DNA of 31,436 bases from a virus (IMGVR_UViG_3300028840_001540:1-31436); one strand, 5' to 3'. Numbered from the stretch's first letter, positions 1-9,727 are shown. Numbers and translations are program-made. The notes: generated by a model not told the origin, from the sequence alone.

Positions 1-44
1 ACGTGGCGCATTTTTTGAGACCATTTTCCTTTGAGAAATTCCCC

Positions 45-356
45 ATGGCGAAAAAACGAGCAAGAAGTCCGGCTGGTGCTCCGTCGCATTTGTCCGCTGA
101 GGCTGCCACGTACTGGGAGAAGCTCCGCCTTGAGTGGCACATTGAGGACGAGGCCGGGCTGCTCATCTTGCAGACCTCCATGGAGGCGTTTGACCGGATG
201 CGGGCGGCGCAAGCCAAGATCCTGGAGGATGGGATCACGGTCCTGGATCGATTCGGGCAGCAAAAGCCGAATCCAGCGTGCGTGATTGAGCGGGATTCGC
301 GGGCGGCATTTGCGAACCTCATTCGGCAACTCGGCATTGAGCCTGACGAGGAGTGA
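45..356 (+). CDS. terS: Terminase small subunit, P27 family
   Basis: APSHLSAEA..W N-terminus, G.TV.DRFGQ.KPNPA motif, LGI C-terminus; directly upstream of terL; ATG 45 preferred over 3. Confidence 0.85.
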   Translation: MAKKRARSPAGAPSHLSAEAATYWEKLRLEWHIEDEAGLLILQTSMEAFDRMRAAQAKILEDGITVLDRFGQQKPNPACVIERDSRAAFANLIRQLGIEPDEE

Positions 357-2392
357 TGGCAAGGAAGAGGCGGAGACGGAGGCGAACAGACGGCGCCGGT
401 GAGGCGTGGGAGTCGCTATCAGTTCAAGACCGGTTCGTGCTGCGCTTCTGGCACCGCTACGAAGCCTTCGTCCCTTTCAAGGGGGTCACGCTCAGGACTC
501 GCGAGCAGCTCGACGCGAAAGTTAAAGAGGTGGGCGGCAAGGCGGGCCTGGCCAAGATCTTCAAACCCCAGGAGGCCGAGCAGTCGGCTGAAGAGACGAA
601 GACGGTCAAGGCTCGCCGTCGGGAAATCAACCGATGGAAGCTCTACGGGTACCTGGCTGCCGGTGAGGATGTCGACCAAATCACGTTAGAGGCCGCCCAG
701 TATCCGGTGGACCAGATCGCGATCGAGGAGGGCTGCCGGTACGACGTCGCGAGAGCCCTGTTTGCCATTGAGTGGATGGAGTCGCACCTGGTGCTGTATG
801 AGGGAGAGTATGCGGGGGAGCCCTTTGAGTGTCGAGACTGGCAGGACCTCGTGTCTCGCAGGCTCTACGGCTGGGTGATAATTGATGAAGAGCGAGAGCG
901 GTGGGTAAGGCGGTTCACCGCGTGCATCGTCTTCATTCCGAAGAAGAACAAGAAGTCTCCGACGCTGGCAGCCAATGCTATCTACGTCGGATTCGGTGAC
1001 GGGGAGCCCGGGAATCACTTCTACCTCTGCGCGAAGGACGGCCGGCAAGCGAAGGAGATCGCCGGCACCCATGCGGTGCAGATGGTGAAACAGTCGGCAT
1101 TGGCGGACGAATGCCGCATCAACATGAACGAGATGAAGATCACGTGGTACGGGCAACGGGTGCGGAATGCTGATGACACAAAGCGGGTGATCGAGCGGGC
1201 CACGATTCAGCCGCTGTCGAGCTCCAACGCTCGCACAACGCAATCGAAGGAAGGGCTGAATGGATCCTTCGGTGTTGACGAAAGCCATGTGGTGGACTGG
1301 GAGTACGTCGACATCATCAAGCGGATGGGAATCAGTCGGCCGGAGCCGCTACGGTTCGACTTCTCGACCGCCGGCAACAACCCCGACGGCTACGGAAAGG
1401 ACCGATTCGACTACGGCTTAGCGGTCAACGCGGCCAAGGATGTGATCGATATTCGAACGTGTGCGGCGATCTACGCGGTGCCACAGAAGTTGACGCTGAA
1501 GGAATTCGAGAAGGCGCCAGTGAAGTATGGGCGAATGGCGAACCCAGCGTGGGGCCATACCATTCACAAGGCTGAGTTCTTGGCCGACTTCGAGCAGTCG
1601 AAGCGGTCGATCACGGCGTGGCTCAAGTTCCTAATGTACCGCCTGAACGTCTGGCAGAAGACTGCCAGTCCGTGGCTCCGTGGCGATCGGTGGGACGAAT
1701 GCGCCACGCAGTACACGTCCGCCGATCTGATCGGGCAGCCGTGTGGTGCAGCGTGGGACCTCATGCGGTCAAAGGACATGGCATCTCTCGGCTTGGTGTT
1801 CCCTGAAGACGACGCAAGCGATGAAGAGGCGAGGGCTGACGTGCCCTATCGCTCGCTGGTCTACTACTGGATGCCAGAAGAGGCGGTTGATGAATATGCT
1901 GGTGAGGTGCCACTCTTGCGGCAGTGGGCCGCGGATGGGTGGATCCGGGTGGTGGACGGTGCCACGATCAACTACCGGCAGATCGAAGAGGAGACGGCAG
2001 CGATCCTCTCACTGTATGACTGCCAGAGATTCCATTTTGACCCGATGTTTGCGACGGCGAGCGTGCAGAACCTGATTGAGCGTCATGGGTTTCTGGAGGA
2101 GCGGGTGGCCGAGTTTCCTCAGACTCGCAAATACTACTCCTACCCGATCGGCGTGTTTGAGAAGTTGGTCACTGACGGGAAGATGCACCACGAAGACAAC
2201 CCAGTCACGAACTGGCAGGCCGGGCACGTGTGCGTGAAAGACTACGACGGGAAGAAGATATTGGCGAAGCCCGACAACAAGCCCGCGAAGAAGATCGATG
2301 GTATCGCAGCCTTAGTGATGGCACTGGATGCAGCGTTGCGGCGGGAAGAGACGGGGAACGTGTACGACAGTCGCGGACTTCTCAGCGTGTGA
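353..2392 (+). CDS. terL: Terminase large subunit with N-terminal extension
   Basis: GEPFECRDWQ, PKKNKKS (Walker A variant), VDESH (Walker B), STAG, ANPAWG, KKIDGIAALVMA nuclease end. Confidence 0.95.
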   Translation: MMARKRRRRRRTDGAGEAWESLSVQDRFVLRFWHRYEAFVPFKGVTLRTREQLDAKVKEVGGKAGLAKIFKPQEAEQSAEETKTVKARRREINRWKLYGYLAAGEDVDQITLEAAQYPVDQIAIEEGCRYDVARALFAIEWMESHLVLYEGEYAGEPFECRDWQDLVSRRLYGWVIIDEERERWVRRFTACIVFIPKKNKKSPTLAANAIYVGFGDGEPGNHFYLCAKDGRQAKEIAGTHAVQMVKQSALADECRINMNEMKITWYGQRVRNADDTKRVIERATIQPLSSSNARTTQSKEGLNGSFGVDESHVVDWEYVDIIKRMGISRPEPLRFDFSTAGNNPDGYGKDRFDYGLAVNAAKDVIDIRTCAAIYAVPQKLTLKEFEKAPVKYGRMANPAWGHTIHKAEFLADFEQSKRSITAWLKFLMYRLNVWQKTASPWLRGDRWDECATQYTSADLIGQPCGAAWDLMRSKDMASLGLVFPEDDASDEEARADVPYRSLVYYWMPEEAVDEYAGEVPLLRQWAADGWIRVVDGATINYRQIEEETAAILSLYDCQRFHFDPMFATASVQNLIERHGFLEERVAEFPQTRKYYSYPIGVFEKLVTDGKMHHEDNPVTNWQAGHVCVKDYDGKKILAKPDNKPAKKIDGIAALVMALDAALRREETGNVYDSRGLLSV

Positions 2393-2401
2393 GGTGATGC
2401 G

Positions 2402-2560
2402 TTGGATTGGATGATTCTTGTGATGATGCTCGTCGGGCTGGCGACGATCGGCGCCGGTCTGGCGTTGATCTGGGCGCCGTTGGCGATGCTTTATGCTGGT
2501 GGTGTGCTCTGTGTGATCGCCGTGACGGCGTACGCGCGTAGGCAAAAGGAGGATGGCTAA
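2402..2560 (+). CDS. Small membrane protein between terL and portal (52 aa; not in ORF track)
   Basis: GAGGTGA RBS, TTG start, MDWMILVMMLVGLATIGAGLALIWAPLAMLYAGGVLCVIAVTAYARRQKEDG; TAATG overlap with portal. Confidence 0.75.
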   Translation: MDWMILVMMLVGLATIGAGLALIWAPLAMLYAGGVLCVIAVTAYARRQKEDG

Positions 2561-4194
2561 TGCGGATTCTAGACGCGATCATGGCTCCGTTTGTCGATCG
2601 TGCACCGTGGGTGCGTGGTGAGTCGTCGGGCCTGGCCAATCCCAAGCAGTGGCTGATCGACTGGGTGACTGGCGGAAGCAGCGACGCCGGCGTGAAGGTG
2701 AATGCCGAGAAGGCATTGACCTATTCCACGATCTGGCAGGCGTGTTCGGTGATCTGCGGCGACGTTGGGCAGTTGCCAGTGAACGTCTACCGGCGCACAG
2801 GTGACGACATGGACAAGGAAATTGACCGGAGACATCCAGCGTTCAAGCTCGTCAGGCACAGGCCGAACCCGTGCATGTCCTGGCAAGATTTCGCCGAAAC
2901 GATGATGCTCTACGCGCTGATCTGGGGCAACGGCGTGGCCGAGATCAAGCGAGACAACCGCGGCCGGCCGGTGCAGCTCACACCACTCTTGCCGGATCGC
3001 ACGTGGCTTGAGACCGTCGACGGTGTGCCGTGGATTGTGACGCGTCAAGGCGAAAACAAGGAGGACATCGCCAGTTACCGAAAGATCCGCTATGAGAACG
3101 TGCTGCACATCAAAGGGCTCTCGTGGGATGGCCTGTGGGGCATCTCGGTCGTAGCAAAGGCCCGCAACTCGTGGGGCCTCGGACTGGCGAAAGAAAAGTA
3201 CGCCAACAAGTTCTTTTCGAACCACGCGATGCCGACCGGCACCTTGGAGCATCCTGGAAGTTTCAGAGATGAAAACGCGATCAAGAGACTCCGGAAAGAC
3301 TGGCAGGACATCCATGAAGGGCTGGACAATGTTGGCCGGGTAGCCATCCTCGAGCAGGGGATGAAGTTCAACCCAATGAGCTACAACAACAAGGACAGCC
3401 AGTGGCTCGATGGGCGCAAGTTCCAGCGATCGGAAATCTCCGGGTGGTTCAATCTTCCGCCTCACAAGGTGGGCGATCTCGAAAAGGCGACCTTCACAAA
3501 CATTGAGGAACAGAACCGGTCGTACCTGCAGACCTCGCTGATGAGGTGGCTCGTGAAATGGACTGAAGAATGCCGGGAGAAGCTGCTCAGCGAACGGGAA
3601 AAGGACCAAGACAGTCACTTCTTTGAGTTCAACGTGGACGCCCTGCTTCGTGGCGACATCAAAAGCCGCTACGAGGCATATCGCATCGCGTTGGGTGGTG
3701 CGCCGTTCCTCAAGCAAAATGAGGTGCGACGCAAGGAGAACCTGCCTGGAGTCGAAGGCGGCGATGAAATCCGCAACCCGCTCAACATGGACGATCCGGG
3801 CGGATCCGATAATGAGGAAAAGGACAAAGCGGAAGCCGCTCAGGACGCCATCAAGGAGGCCTTCAGGAATCAGCTCGCGTATTTTGCCGACGTGGAAGCG
3901 AAGCGGATACGCAGCGAGGCCAGAGATCCGAAGAAGTTCACCGATTGGATGGATCGGTTCTATGGCGATGGTGGCTGGTCGAGTCGGCTACGCGAACACT
4001 TGACGGCGTGGGGCCGTGCACAGATTGCCGAGCGGTGGTGTGAGGAGTCGCGGGAAATTCTCGACCTGGTCGTGAGTTCAGCGACTGCCGAGCAGCTCGG
4101 CGACGCGATCGATGATGCCCTAGCCGACTGGCCAGGACGGATAGACACGTGGACACGGCATTGTTTTGACGTGGAAGCGGAAATACTGACTTGA
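2560..4194 (+). CDS. HK97-family portal protein with C-terminal extension
   Basis: LIWGNG, VLHIKGLSWDGLWGIS, ILEQGMKF, FNLPPHKVG, TFTNIEEQ, NEVRRKENLP. Confidence 0.95.
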   Translation: MRILDAIMAPFVDRAPWVRGESSGLANPKQWLIDWVTGGSSDAGVKVNAEKALTYSTIWQACSVICGDVGQLPVNVYRRTGDDMDKEIDRRHPAFKLVRHRPNPCMSWQDFAETMMLYALIWGNGVAEIKRDNRGRPVQLTPLLPDRTWLETVDGVPWIVTRQGENKEDIASYRKIRYENVLHIKGLSWDGLWGISVVAKARNSWGLGLAKEKYANKFFSNHAMPTGTLEHPGSFRDENAIKRLRKDWQDIHEGLDNVGRVAILEQGMKFNPMSYNNKDSQWLDGRKFQRSEISGWFNLPPHKVGDLEKATFTNIEEQNRSYLQTSLMRWLVKWTEECREKLLSEREKDQDSHFFEFNVDALLRGDIKSRYEAYRIALGGAPFLKQNEVRRKENLPGVEGGDEIRNPLNMDDPGGSDNEEKDKAEAAQDAIKEAFRNQLAYFADVEAKRIRSEARDPKKFTDWMDRFYGDGGWSSRLREHLTAWGRAQIAERWCEESREILDLVVSSATAEQLGDAIDDALADWPGRIDTWTRHCFDVEAEILT

Positions 4195-4205
4195 GGAGCA
4201 GGACA

Positions 4206-4895
4206 ATGAAACGCGCCACATGGAACGTGAAGAACCAAGCCAAGGAGGCGGAGGTCTGGCTCTACGATGAAATTGGTGAAGACTGGTGGGGCGACGGCAT
4301 CTCGGCCCGTGGGTTCATTGAGGATCTGCAGGCGCTGCCGGCTTCGGTGGAAAAGGTGATCGTGCGGATCAATTCACCTGGAGGTGACGTCTTCGAAGGC
4401 TTTGCCATCTACCAGGCCTTGCTCCGAGACCGCCGGCAGATCGTGACTGCCGTCGACGGGTTGGCCGCATCAAGTGCCTCGGTGGTGATGATGGCCGGCG
4501 ACGAGATCAACGCGGCACAAACGGCAATGGTGATGATTCACGATCCGTGGACGATCGCGATTGGAAATGCAGGCGAGTTCCGCGAACTGGCTGACTTGCT
4601 GGACCAGATCACCGGGCAGATCGTGAGCGCCTACGGTCGGCGGGATAGCGTCGATCAGGCGGCCATCCGTGAGGCTATGCGAGCGGAAACCTGGTACACG
4701 GCCTCGCAGGCTCAGGAGGCTGGCCTCGTGGATACGGTCACGGAGGCCGCGATCGCCGTGGCGGCGAAGGTGCCCCCGGGCAGGTACCAGAACGCCCCGC
4801 GGCGGCTTGTGGGCTCCCAGGTGGCTCCAGCGAAGCCCCAGGAGGCAAGGCACCGCCTGGCAGCCGCGCAGCGAGCCCTGCAGCTTTGCCGTTGA
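4206..4895 (+). CDS. ClpP-type head maturation protease
   Basis: RINSPGGDVFEG, DGLAASSAS, MIHDPW, AETWYTA; GAGGAG upstream of ATG 4206. Confidence 0.93.
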   Translation: MKRATWNVKNQAKEAEVWLYDEIGEDWWGDGISARGFIEDLQALPASVEKVIVRINSPGGDVFEGFAIYQALLRDRRQIVTAVDGLAASSASVVMMAGDEINAAQTAMVMIHDPWTIAIGNAGEFRELADLLDQITGQIVSAYGRRDSVDQAAIREAMRAETWYTASQAQEAGLVDTVTEAAIAVAAKVPPGRYQNAPRRLVGSQVAPAKPQEARHRLAAAQRALQLCR

Positions 4896-4927
4896 CAGTT
4901 CAAGCGGCAGGAGTATGCTGCCGATCA
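4892..4927 (+). promoter_or_regulatory. Candidate promoter(s) upstream of the capsid gene
   Basis: TTGACA(4892)-16nt-TATGCT(4914) sigma70-like; overlapping TCAAG(4900)-15nt-GCCGATCA(4920) sigma28-like. Confidence 0.4.
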
Positions 4928-5021
4928 TAACTCATGTACGAAGCCGTGGAGGCGGCTGGCGGATCTAGTGAGGTTCGCGGCGAAACCCTCCGCAGGCGAG
5001 CGGACTCAGGCTGCTGTTGAG

Positions 5022-5119
5022 CGGCATGACCGCGGCTGCAGTTGAAAGCATCAACTGCCGGCGGATCATGCCGTTTTGTATGCGCACTCGATCCTCCGGC
5101 AATGCAAGGAGAGGATCGA
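5022..5119 (+). promoter_or_regulatory. Structured capsid leader: long hairpin plus T-run, and RBS-sequestering stem
   Basis: CGGCATGA/TCATGCCG, CCGC/GCGG and GCAGTTGA/TCAACTGC nested pairs (5022-5073) then TTTT; TCGATCCTC(5088)/GAGGATCGA(5111). Confidence 0.6.
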
Positions 5120-6604
5120 ATGCGAATCTCACAGCAGAATCTGCTTGCACGGATCAGCGCAAGGCTTGGAGTGCCGATGCGGATCTGTGCGAGGCTCTCA
5201 GTGAAGGCCATCCAGGAGCGGATGGGTGAAGTCCACGACAAGGCGTCGGCCTTGGTCGCTTTGGCGGAGGATGAGGAGCGAGACCTCAACGACGACGAGA
5301 AGGCCGATTTTGACGGCTTCATGGCTGAGTACGAGCGGCTTGAGAAGAAGGACCTTCCCCGCGCTCAGTTCCTCGAGGAGAAAGAGGCGGAGCTGGCCGC
5401 GCGTCGGATCGACAGCCGTATCGCCAATGGCGATGTGACTGGCACGGGCGGCCGTCGGCTGGAAGGGCCTGGAACGGACGGCGCGGCGGCGGACGGCTCG
5501 GACCTGCTTTCGCGGGTGAAGGTGCCGACTCGTGCTCGTTTGCTGGCGCCTGCCAGGCTGCAGTGCTTCCAGGGGCCCACCGCGATCGAGGAGGCCTACA
5601 TCAGCGGTATGTGGATTCTGGCGAACTTCTACGATGTGGGGTTTGCCAGAAAGTGGTGCCTCGACAACGGTCTTTCGGTTCGCGGCGCATTGTCGACCGG
5701 CGACAACGAGAAAGGCGGCGTGCTCGTACCGGAAGAGTTCGCGTCGACACTGATCCGCCTTGTTGAACGCTTTGGCATCTTCCGCCAGAAGGCGTTTCCG
5801 TGGCCGATGGCCAGTGATACGACCACCGTGCCTCGTCAGATCGGTGAGGTCACCGTCTACTTCGTCGGCGAGAACGAAGAGACCGACGAGTCTGATATCC
5901 AAACGGACGGCATCCGCCTCACCGCGCGAAAGCTCTCAGCGCTGTGCAAGTGGCCAACGGAGATCGATGAGGATTCGGTGATCAGCATCGCGGATCTTCT
6001 GGCGAGATCCATTGCATACGCAATGGCCGTCAAAGAGGACGCGTGCGGGTTCATCGGCGACGGGAAGTCGACCTACGGCGGCATCTCCGGCCTGATCACC
6101 AAGTGTGGCGCCAACGCGGGTACTATCAAGACGGCCGCCACGGGAAACACTGCTTTCTCAACGCTCGACCTGGCCGACTTCGAAGGCATGATGGGGATGC
6201 TCCCCGAATTCGAAGGGATTGAGCCGGAATGGTACATCTCGAAGGCCGGATGGGCGGCGTCGATGATGCGTCTGGCCGACGCGGCCGGCGGCAACACGGC
6301 CGCCGATATTGAGGGCAAGCGGCGTCTGACGTTCCTCGGATATCCGGTCAATATCGTGCAGACCATGAACAAGGTGCTGACAGCGCAGACGTCGACGAAC
6401 GGGCTGTGCTACTTCGGCGACCTGCGAATGGCTGCCACGATGGGCACGCGCCGCGGATTGACGATGCGGATCAGTGATCAGCGATATTTCGAGTACGATC
6501 AGATCGGCATCCTGGCCAACGAGCGTTTCGACATCAACGTGCACGAGGTCGGCGACGCGTCCAACGCGGGGGCCGTGGTCATGCTGGCGACTCCCGCGAG
6601 CTGA
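5120..6604 (+). CDS. Major capsid protein, HK97 fold, with N-terminal coiled-coil scaffold (delta) domain
   Basis: GGVLVPEEF, VGENE, LTARKL, GDG, LGYPV, FGDL motifs; AGGAGAGG before ATG 5120. Confidence 0.95.
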   Translation: MRISQQNLLARISARLGVPMRICARLSVKAIQERMGEVHDKASALVALAEDEERDLNDDEKADFDGFMAEYERLEKKDLPRAQFLEEKEAELAARRIDSRIANGDVTGTGGRRLEGPGTDGAAADGSDLLSRVKVPTRARLLAPARLQCFQGPTAIEEAYISGMWILANFYDVGFARKWCLDNGLSVRGALSTGDNEKGGVLVPEEFASTLIRLVERFGIFRQKAFPWPMASDTTTVPRQIGEVTVYFVGENEETDESDIQTDGIRLTARKLSALCKWPTEIDEDSVISIADLLARSIAYAMAVKEDACGFIGDGKSTYGGISGLITKCGANAGTIKTAATGNTAFSTLDLADFEGMMGMLPEFEGIEPEWYISKAGWAASMMRLADAAGGNTAADIEGKRRLTFLGYPVNIVQTMNKVLTAQTSTNGLCYFGDLRMAATMGTRRGLTMRISDQRYFEYDQIGILANERFDINVHEVGDASNAGAVVMLATPAS

Positions 6605-6663
6605 GGTGTGTTGCCTGCGGTGTGCGTTCAATTTCAAATTCAACTCCACTAGGAGACAAGCAA

Positions 6664-7119
6664 GTGATTGCTGCACAGCAGAACAAGTTCGTCAATCTCA
6701 CGCCACCAGCGGCGATTGTCGACAACGCGAGTCTGACGGTTGCCGAGCTTGACACGCTCGGCTGGGACTACTGCGAAATCTTGGTGATCATGGGGGCCAC
6801 CGACATCGCCATGTCAGCCCTGAAGGTCACTGAGTCCGACACCTCGGGATCTGGTCACGCAGACGTGACCGGCCTGGTGTTCGGCACGTCGACCAATACG
6901 GATGGCGACACGTCGGCCTTGCCAACTGCGACCGACGATAACGACATCTTCAGTTTCCAGATCGACTTGCGGAAACGCAAACGGTATCTGGACATGACCG
7001 CGACGGTCGGCAACGGCACCAACGGTGCGTACGTGACGATCATCGCGATCCTCTCTCGAGGGCGTGAGATGCCGTCGAGTGCAGCCGAGGCAGGCTGCAA
7101 CCAGATCTTGCGAGTGTGA
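6664..7119 (+). CDS. Virion structural protein (possible head decoration/cement protein)
   Basis: Beta-rich 151 aa ORF right after capsid; AGGAG RBS before GTG 6664; KRYL motif; function from position only. Confidence 0.6.
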   Translation: MIAAQQNKFVNLTPPAAIVDNASLTVAELDTLGWDYCEILVIMGATDIAMSALKVTESDTSGSGHADVTGLVFGTSTNTDGDTSALPTATDDNDIFSFQIDLRKRKRYLDMTATVGNGTNGAYVTIIAILSRGREMPSSAAEAGCNQILRV

Positions 7120-7128
7120 GGCCAGCCA

Positions 7129-8400
7129 ATGAGTTGCGTGGCGATCATCCCGGCACGCGGGGGCTCGAAAGGGATTCCCGCGAAGAACCTGCAGCCGATC
7201 GGCGGTGTTCCTCTGATCGGCTGGGCGGTTCGCGCTGCCGTTGCGGCTGAGTCCGTCGACGCTGTCTATGTCTCGACGGACTCAACTGCGATCGCCAAAG
7301 TTGCTCTGGAGTACGGCGCGACCGTCATCATGCGGCCAGCCGAGCTGGCCGGCGACGAGGTGCCAACGCTGCCGGTTGTGCAGCACGCCGTCGAGCAGCT
7401 CGCCGACACACCGGACGCCGTGGTCGTGATGCAGTGCACCTCGCCGCTAACGGCGGCGGAGGATGTGGACTGGGCCGTCGAACGGCTCACGAACCAATAT
7501 GACGCCGTTGTGAGCGTGGTGGAGGATCATGGATTCATCCTTTCCGGAGCGGGCTCTTTGCTCAACTACACGGTCGACGAGCGGCGACGGCGACGGCAAG
7601 ACCGTGAACCCCGATATCGCGTCAATGGCGCACTGTTCGTGCTGCGAACTCCGCTGCGCGACCAGTGGCCGAGCAAGCTCGGCCTGTACGTTATGCCTCA
7701 GGAGAGATCGATCGACATCGACTCTCCGGTAGATCTCCATTTGGCCGAATCGCTGTTGCGGTATGAGCAGGCGTGGATCGTGTGCGGATCGGGGCCTGAC
7801 GCGCGGGAAATGCTGGCCGTGGCGCGTGCTCGTTATCCCGGTGCCATGGCGATCACCACCAACGCCGGAATCAACCTGTTTGTCACGCCGGATCGGCCAG
7901 ATGTGTATTTTCTGACCGATGCACGGGGGTGCCAGATCTATCACGAGCAGGCCAAGGCGATCCAAAAACAAGGCTCGCGACTGGTGACGCTCCGCCGCGA
8001 CATCCAGGCGTTGAAACAGCGGAGGGTGGACCACTTTGACCAGTTCGTGCCGATCACCGGCGGCCCGTCCCAGTTTGTGCGTGGCGGATACACGGCGTGC
8101 CTGTCCGGCCTGCTGTGCGTGCAGTACGCCATTAACAACGGTGCCAGGCAGATCCACCTGGTTGGCATGAACGGGTACACCGGCACGAACGGCGGCGACT
8201 ACTTCGGCCAGTATGAGCCGCCCAACAGAGGTCGGAAGCGGCGCATGCACACCGAGAGTGTGATTGGGCCCTTCATGCAGGCAGCCGTGGAATCCTGCAC
8301 GGATATCGAGTTCGTGGCGTACGGACAGCTGAACTACCCCATGGCCGGGCCCAATGTGCGGCATGTGGTGCCGAGAGGGGAGATGTGCCAATGCGAGTGA
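7129..8400 (+). CDS. neuA: Acylneuraminate cytidylyltransferase (NeuA/CMAS) fused to a Maf/DUF115/GT42-like sugar transferase domain
   Basis: IIPARGGSKGIPAKN, VSTDS, QCTSPL, NGALF, SIDID..D; C-half IVCGSGP, PDVYFLTD, SGLLCVQYAINNGARQIHLVGMNGY. Confidence 0.85.
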   Translation: MSCVAIIPARGGSKGIPAKNLQPIGGVPLIGWAVRAAVAAESVDAVYVSTDSTAIAKVALEYGATVIMRPAELAGDEVPTLPVVQHAVEQLADTPDAVVVMQCTSPLTAAEDVDWAVERLTNQYDAVVSVVEDHGFILSGAGSLLNYTVDERRRRRQDREPRYRVNGALFVLRTPLRDQWPSKLGLYVMPQERSIDIDSPVDLHLAESLLRYEQAWIVCGSGPDAREMLAVARARYPGAMAITTNAGINLFVTPDRPDVYFLTDARGCQIYHEQAKAIQKQGSRLVTLRRDIQALKQRRVDHFDQFVPITGGPSQFVRGGYTACLSGLLCVQYAINNGARQIHLVGMNGYTGTNGGDYFGQYEPPNRGRKRRMHTESVIGPFMQAAVESCTDIEFVAYGQLNYPMAGPNVRHVVPRGEMCQCE

Positions 8401-8573
8401 AGATCCTACGCGATCTGCAGACCAGGAGCGGCCGAGTGTTTCGCGAGGGCCGTGAGCACGACCTGACGGCAGGCGAGGCACGTGTATTGATCCGCCGCGG
8501 AGTGGCCAAGGCCGTGCGGGCGGCTCGCAAGACCAGGAGGAAGGCCGGTGCCGAAGCTGGTACTGCAGACTGA
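8391..8573 (+). CDS. Small basic head-module protein
   Basis: MRVKIL...G..HDL...EA..LI..G.A pattern; similar to 9132-9365. Confidence 0.65.
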   Translation: MRVKILRDLQTRSGRVFREGREHDLTAGEARVLIRRGVAKAVRAARKTRRKAGAEAGTAD

Positions 8574-9126
8574 AGCCGCTGATCGGCCTGTGCGAACGTC
8601 AGAAGTGGCGGAGTGGCTGTGCGAGACTCGTGCGGCCAGGCTCCCGGTCATCAGCGAGTTGATTGATTCGGCAATCGCCACGCTCGAGAAGGAGCACTGG
8701 ACCCAGTTTTGCGCGGCGACATACGACGAGTATTTCGACACCTGGCCGGCTGAGTTCTTTCAGTTGCGTAAGAACCCGGCAGGAACTGTGGAGAGTGTGA
8801 AGTACACGGACCACGACGGGGTCGAGCAGACCGTGTCAACCGACGTGTGGGAGCAAGACGACGAGGACGGCCGCGGCATTGTGCGTCTGGCACACAACCA
8901 GAGTTGGCCGAGCGACTGCCGAGGTGACGCGAACGATATTGTCGTCCGATACACGACAGGATACGGGACGCCCGCCCAAGTGCCGGCGCCGATCAAACAC
9001 GCGATTCGCTTGTGGATCGCTGATGCGTATGCGTTCCCGGAAACCGTTGTGCCGCTTCGACTCAGCAAGGCACCGCGAACGGTTGACGCACTGATGGCTG
9101 GGTACAGTTTCCGAACCATAGGGTGA
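8548..9126 (+). CDS. Head-tail connector protein (gp6/phiE125 gp8-like)
   Basis: VESVKYTD.DG.EQT, WP, VRYTTGYG...VPAPIKHAI.L.IA..Y. Confidence 0.88.
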   Translation: MPKLVLQTEAADRPVRTSEVAEWLCETRAARLPVISELIDSAIATLEKEHWTQFCAATYDEYFDTWPAEFFQLRKNPAGTVESVKYTDHDGVEQTVSTDVWEQDDEDGRGIVRLAHNQSWPSDCRGDANDIVVRYTTGYGTPAQVPAPIKHAIRLWIADAYAFPETVVPLRLSKAPRTVDALMAGYSFRTIG

Positions 9127-9131
9127 GGCCG

Positions 9132-9365
9132 ATGACGAAAGTGCAAGTCCTGATGAAAGCGAACGCCAGGCCAAGAGCGTGCGCAAAGCTGCTGGCGGGG
9201 GAAACCTACAAAGTGCCGGAGCAGATGGCCAGCCGGTTGGTGGCGATCGGCAAGGCGGAGGTTGTGGCCGAAGAGGCAACAAGCACCACGCGAAAGCGTA
9301 AGCCAAAGAAGGCCAGTCAGGCGGAGCAGCAAGGGACTCAGCCACCACCGCCTGACACGCACTGA
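9132..9365 (+). CDS. Small basic head-module protein (paralog of 8391-8573)
   Basis: MTKVQVL...GETYKV....A.RLV..G.AE plus basic tail. Confidence 0.65.
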   Translation: MTKVQVLMKANARPRACAKLLAGETYKVPEQMASRLVAIGKAEVVAEEATSTTRKRKPKKASQAEQQGTQPPPPDTH

Positions 9366-9400
9366 GTTGGCAAGCGACTCCTGAAAAGAACCTGAACTTC

Positions 9401-9727
9401 ATGCAAGCCTATTCGCTGACATCGACGGTCGACATCGAGACGCCGACCACAACGAACACGAGCGGCGAAACGTCCGAGACGTGGACGGTCGTCGCACGTG
9501 GTGTGCCTGCAGAGGTGAAGGCTCGCGAATCGTTGACGAAGACCGAGGCCGCCGGCCTCAAGGCGCTCACGTCACACCGCGTGCGAATGAGGCCGCGATC
9601 GGACGTAGACAGCCTGTGCCGGCTGAAGCTCGGTGATCGGGTGCTGAATATCCTGGGCCCGCCGCGGCGGGTGCCTGAGGCGAGGCCGCGGGCACTCGTC
9701 ATGGAGTGCATGGAGGTCGAGAGCTGA
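9401..9727 (+). CDS. Head closure / head-tail adaptor (SPP1 gp16-like)
   Basis: 108 aa, G...ETW, AEV, HRVRMR, RVLNI, L..EC.E; position. Confidence 0.82.
   Translation: MQAYSLTSTVDIETPTTTNTSGETSETWTVVARGVPAEVKARESLTKTEAAGLKALTSHRVRMRPRSDVDSLCRLKLGDRVLNILGPPRRVPEARPRALVMECMEVES

Noticed and set aside
1-44. cos/pac site upstream of terS
   Set aside because: Expected by position, but the window starts here and no diagnostic sequence can be shown
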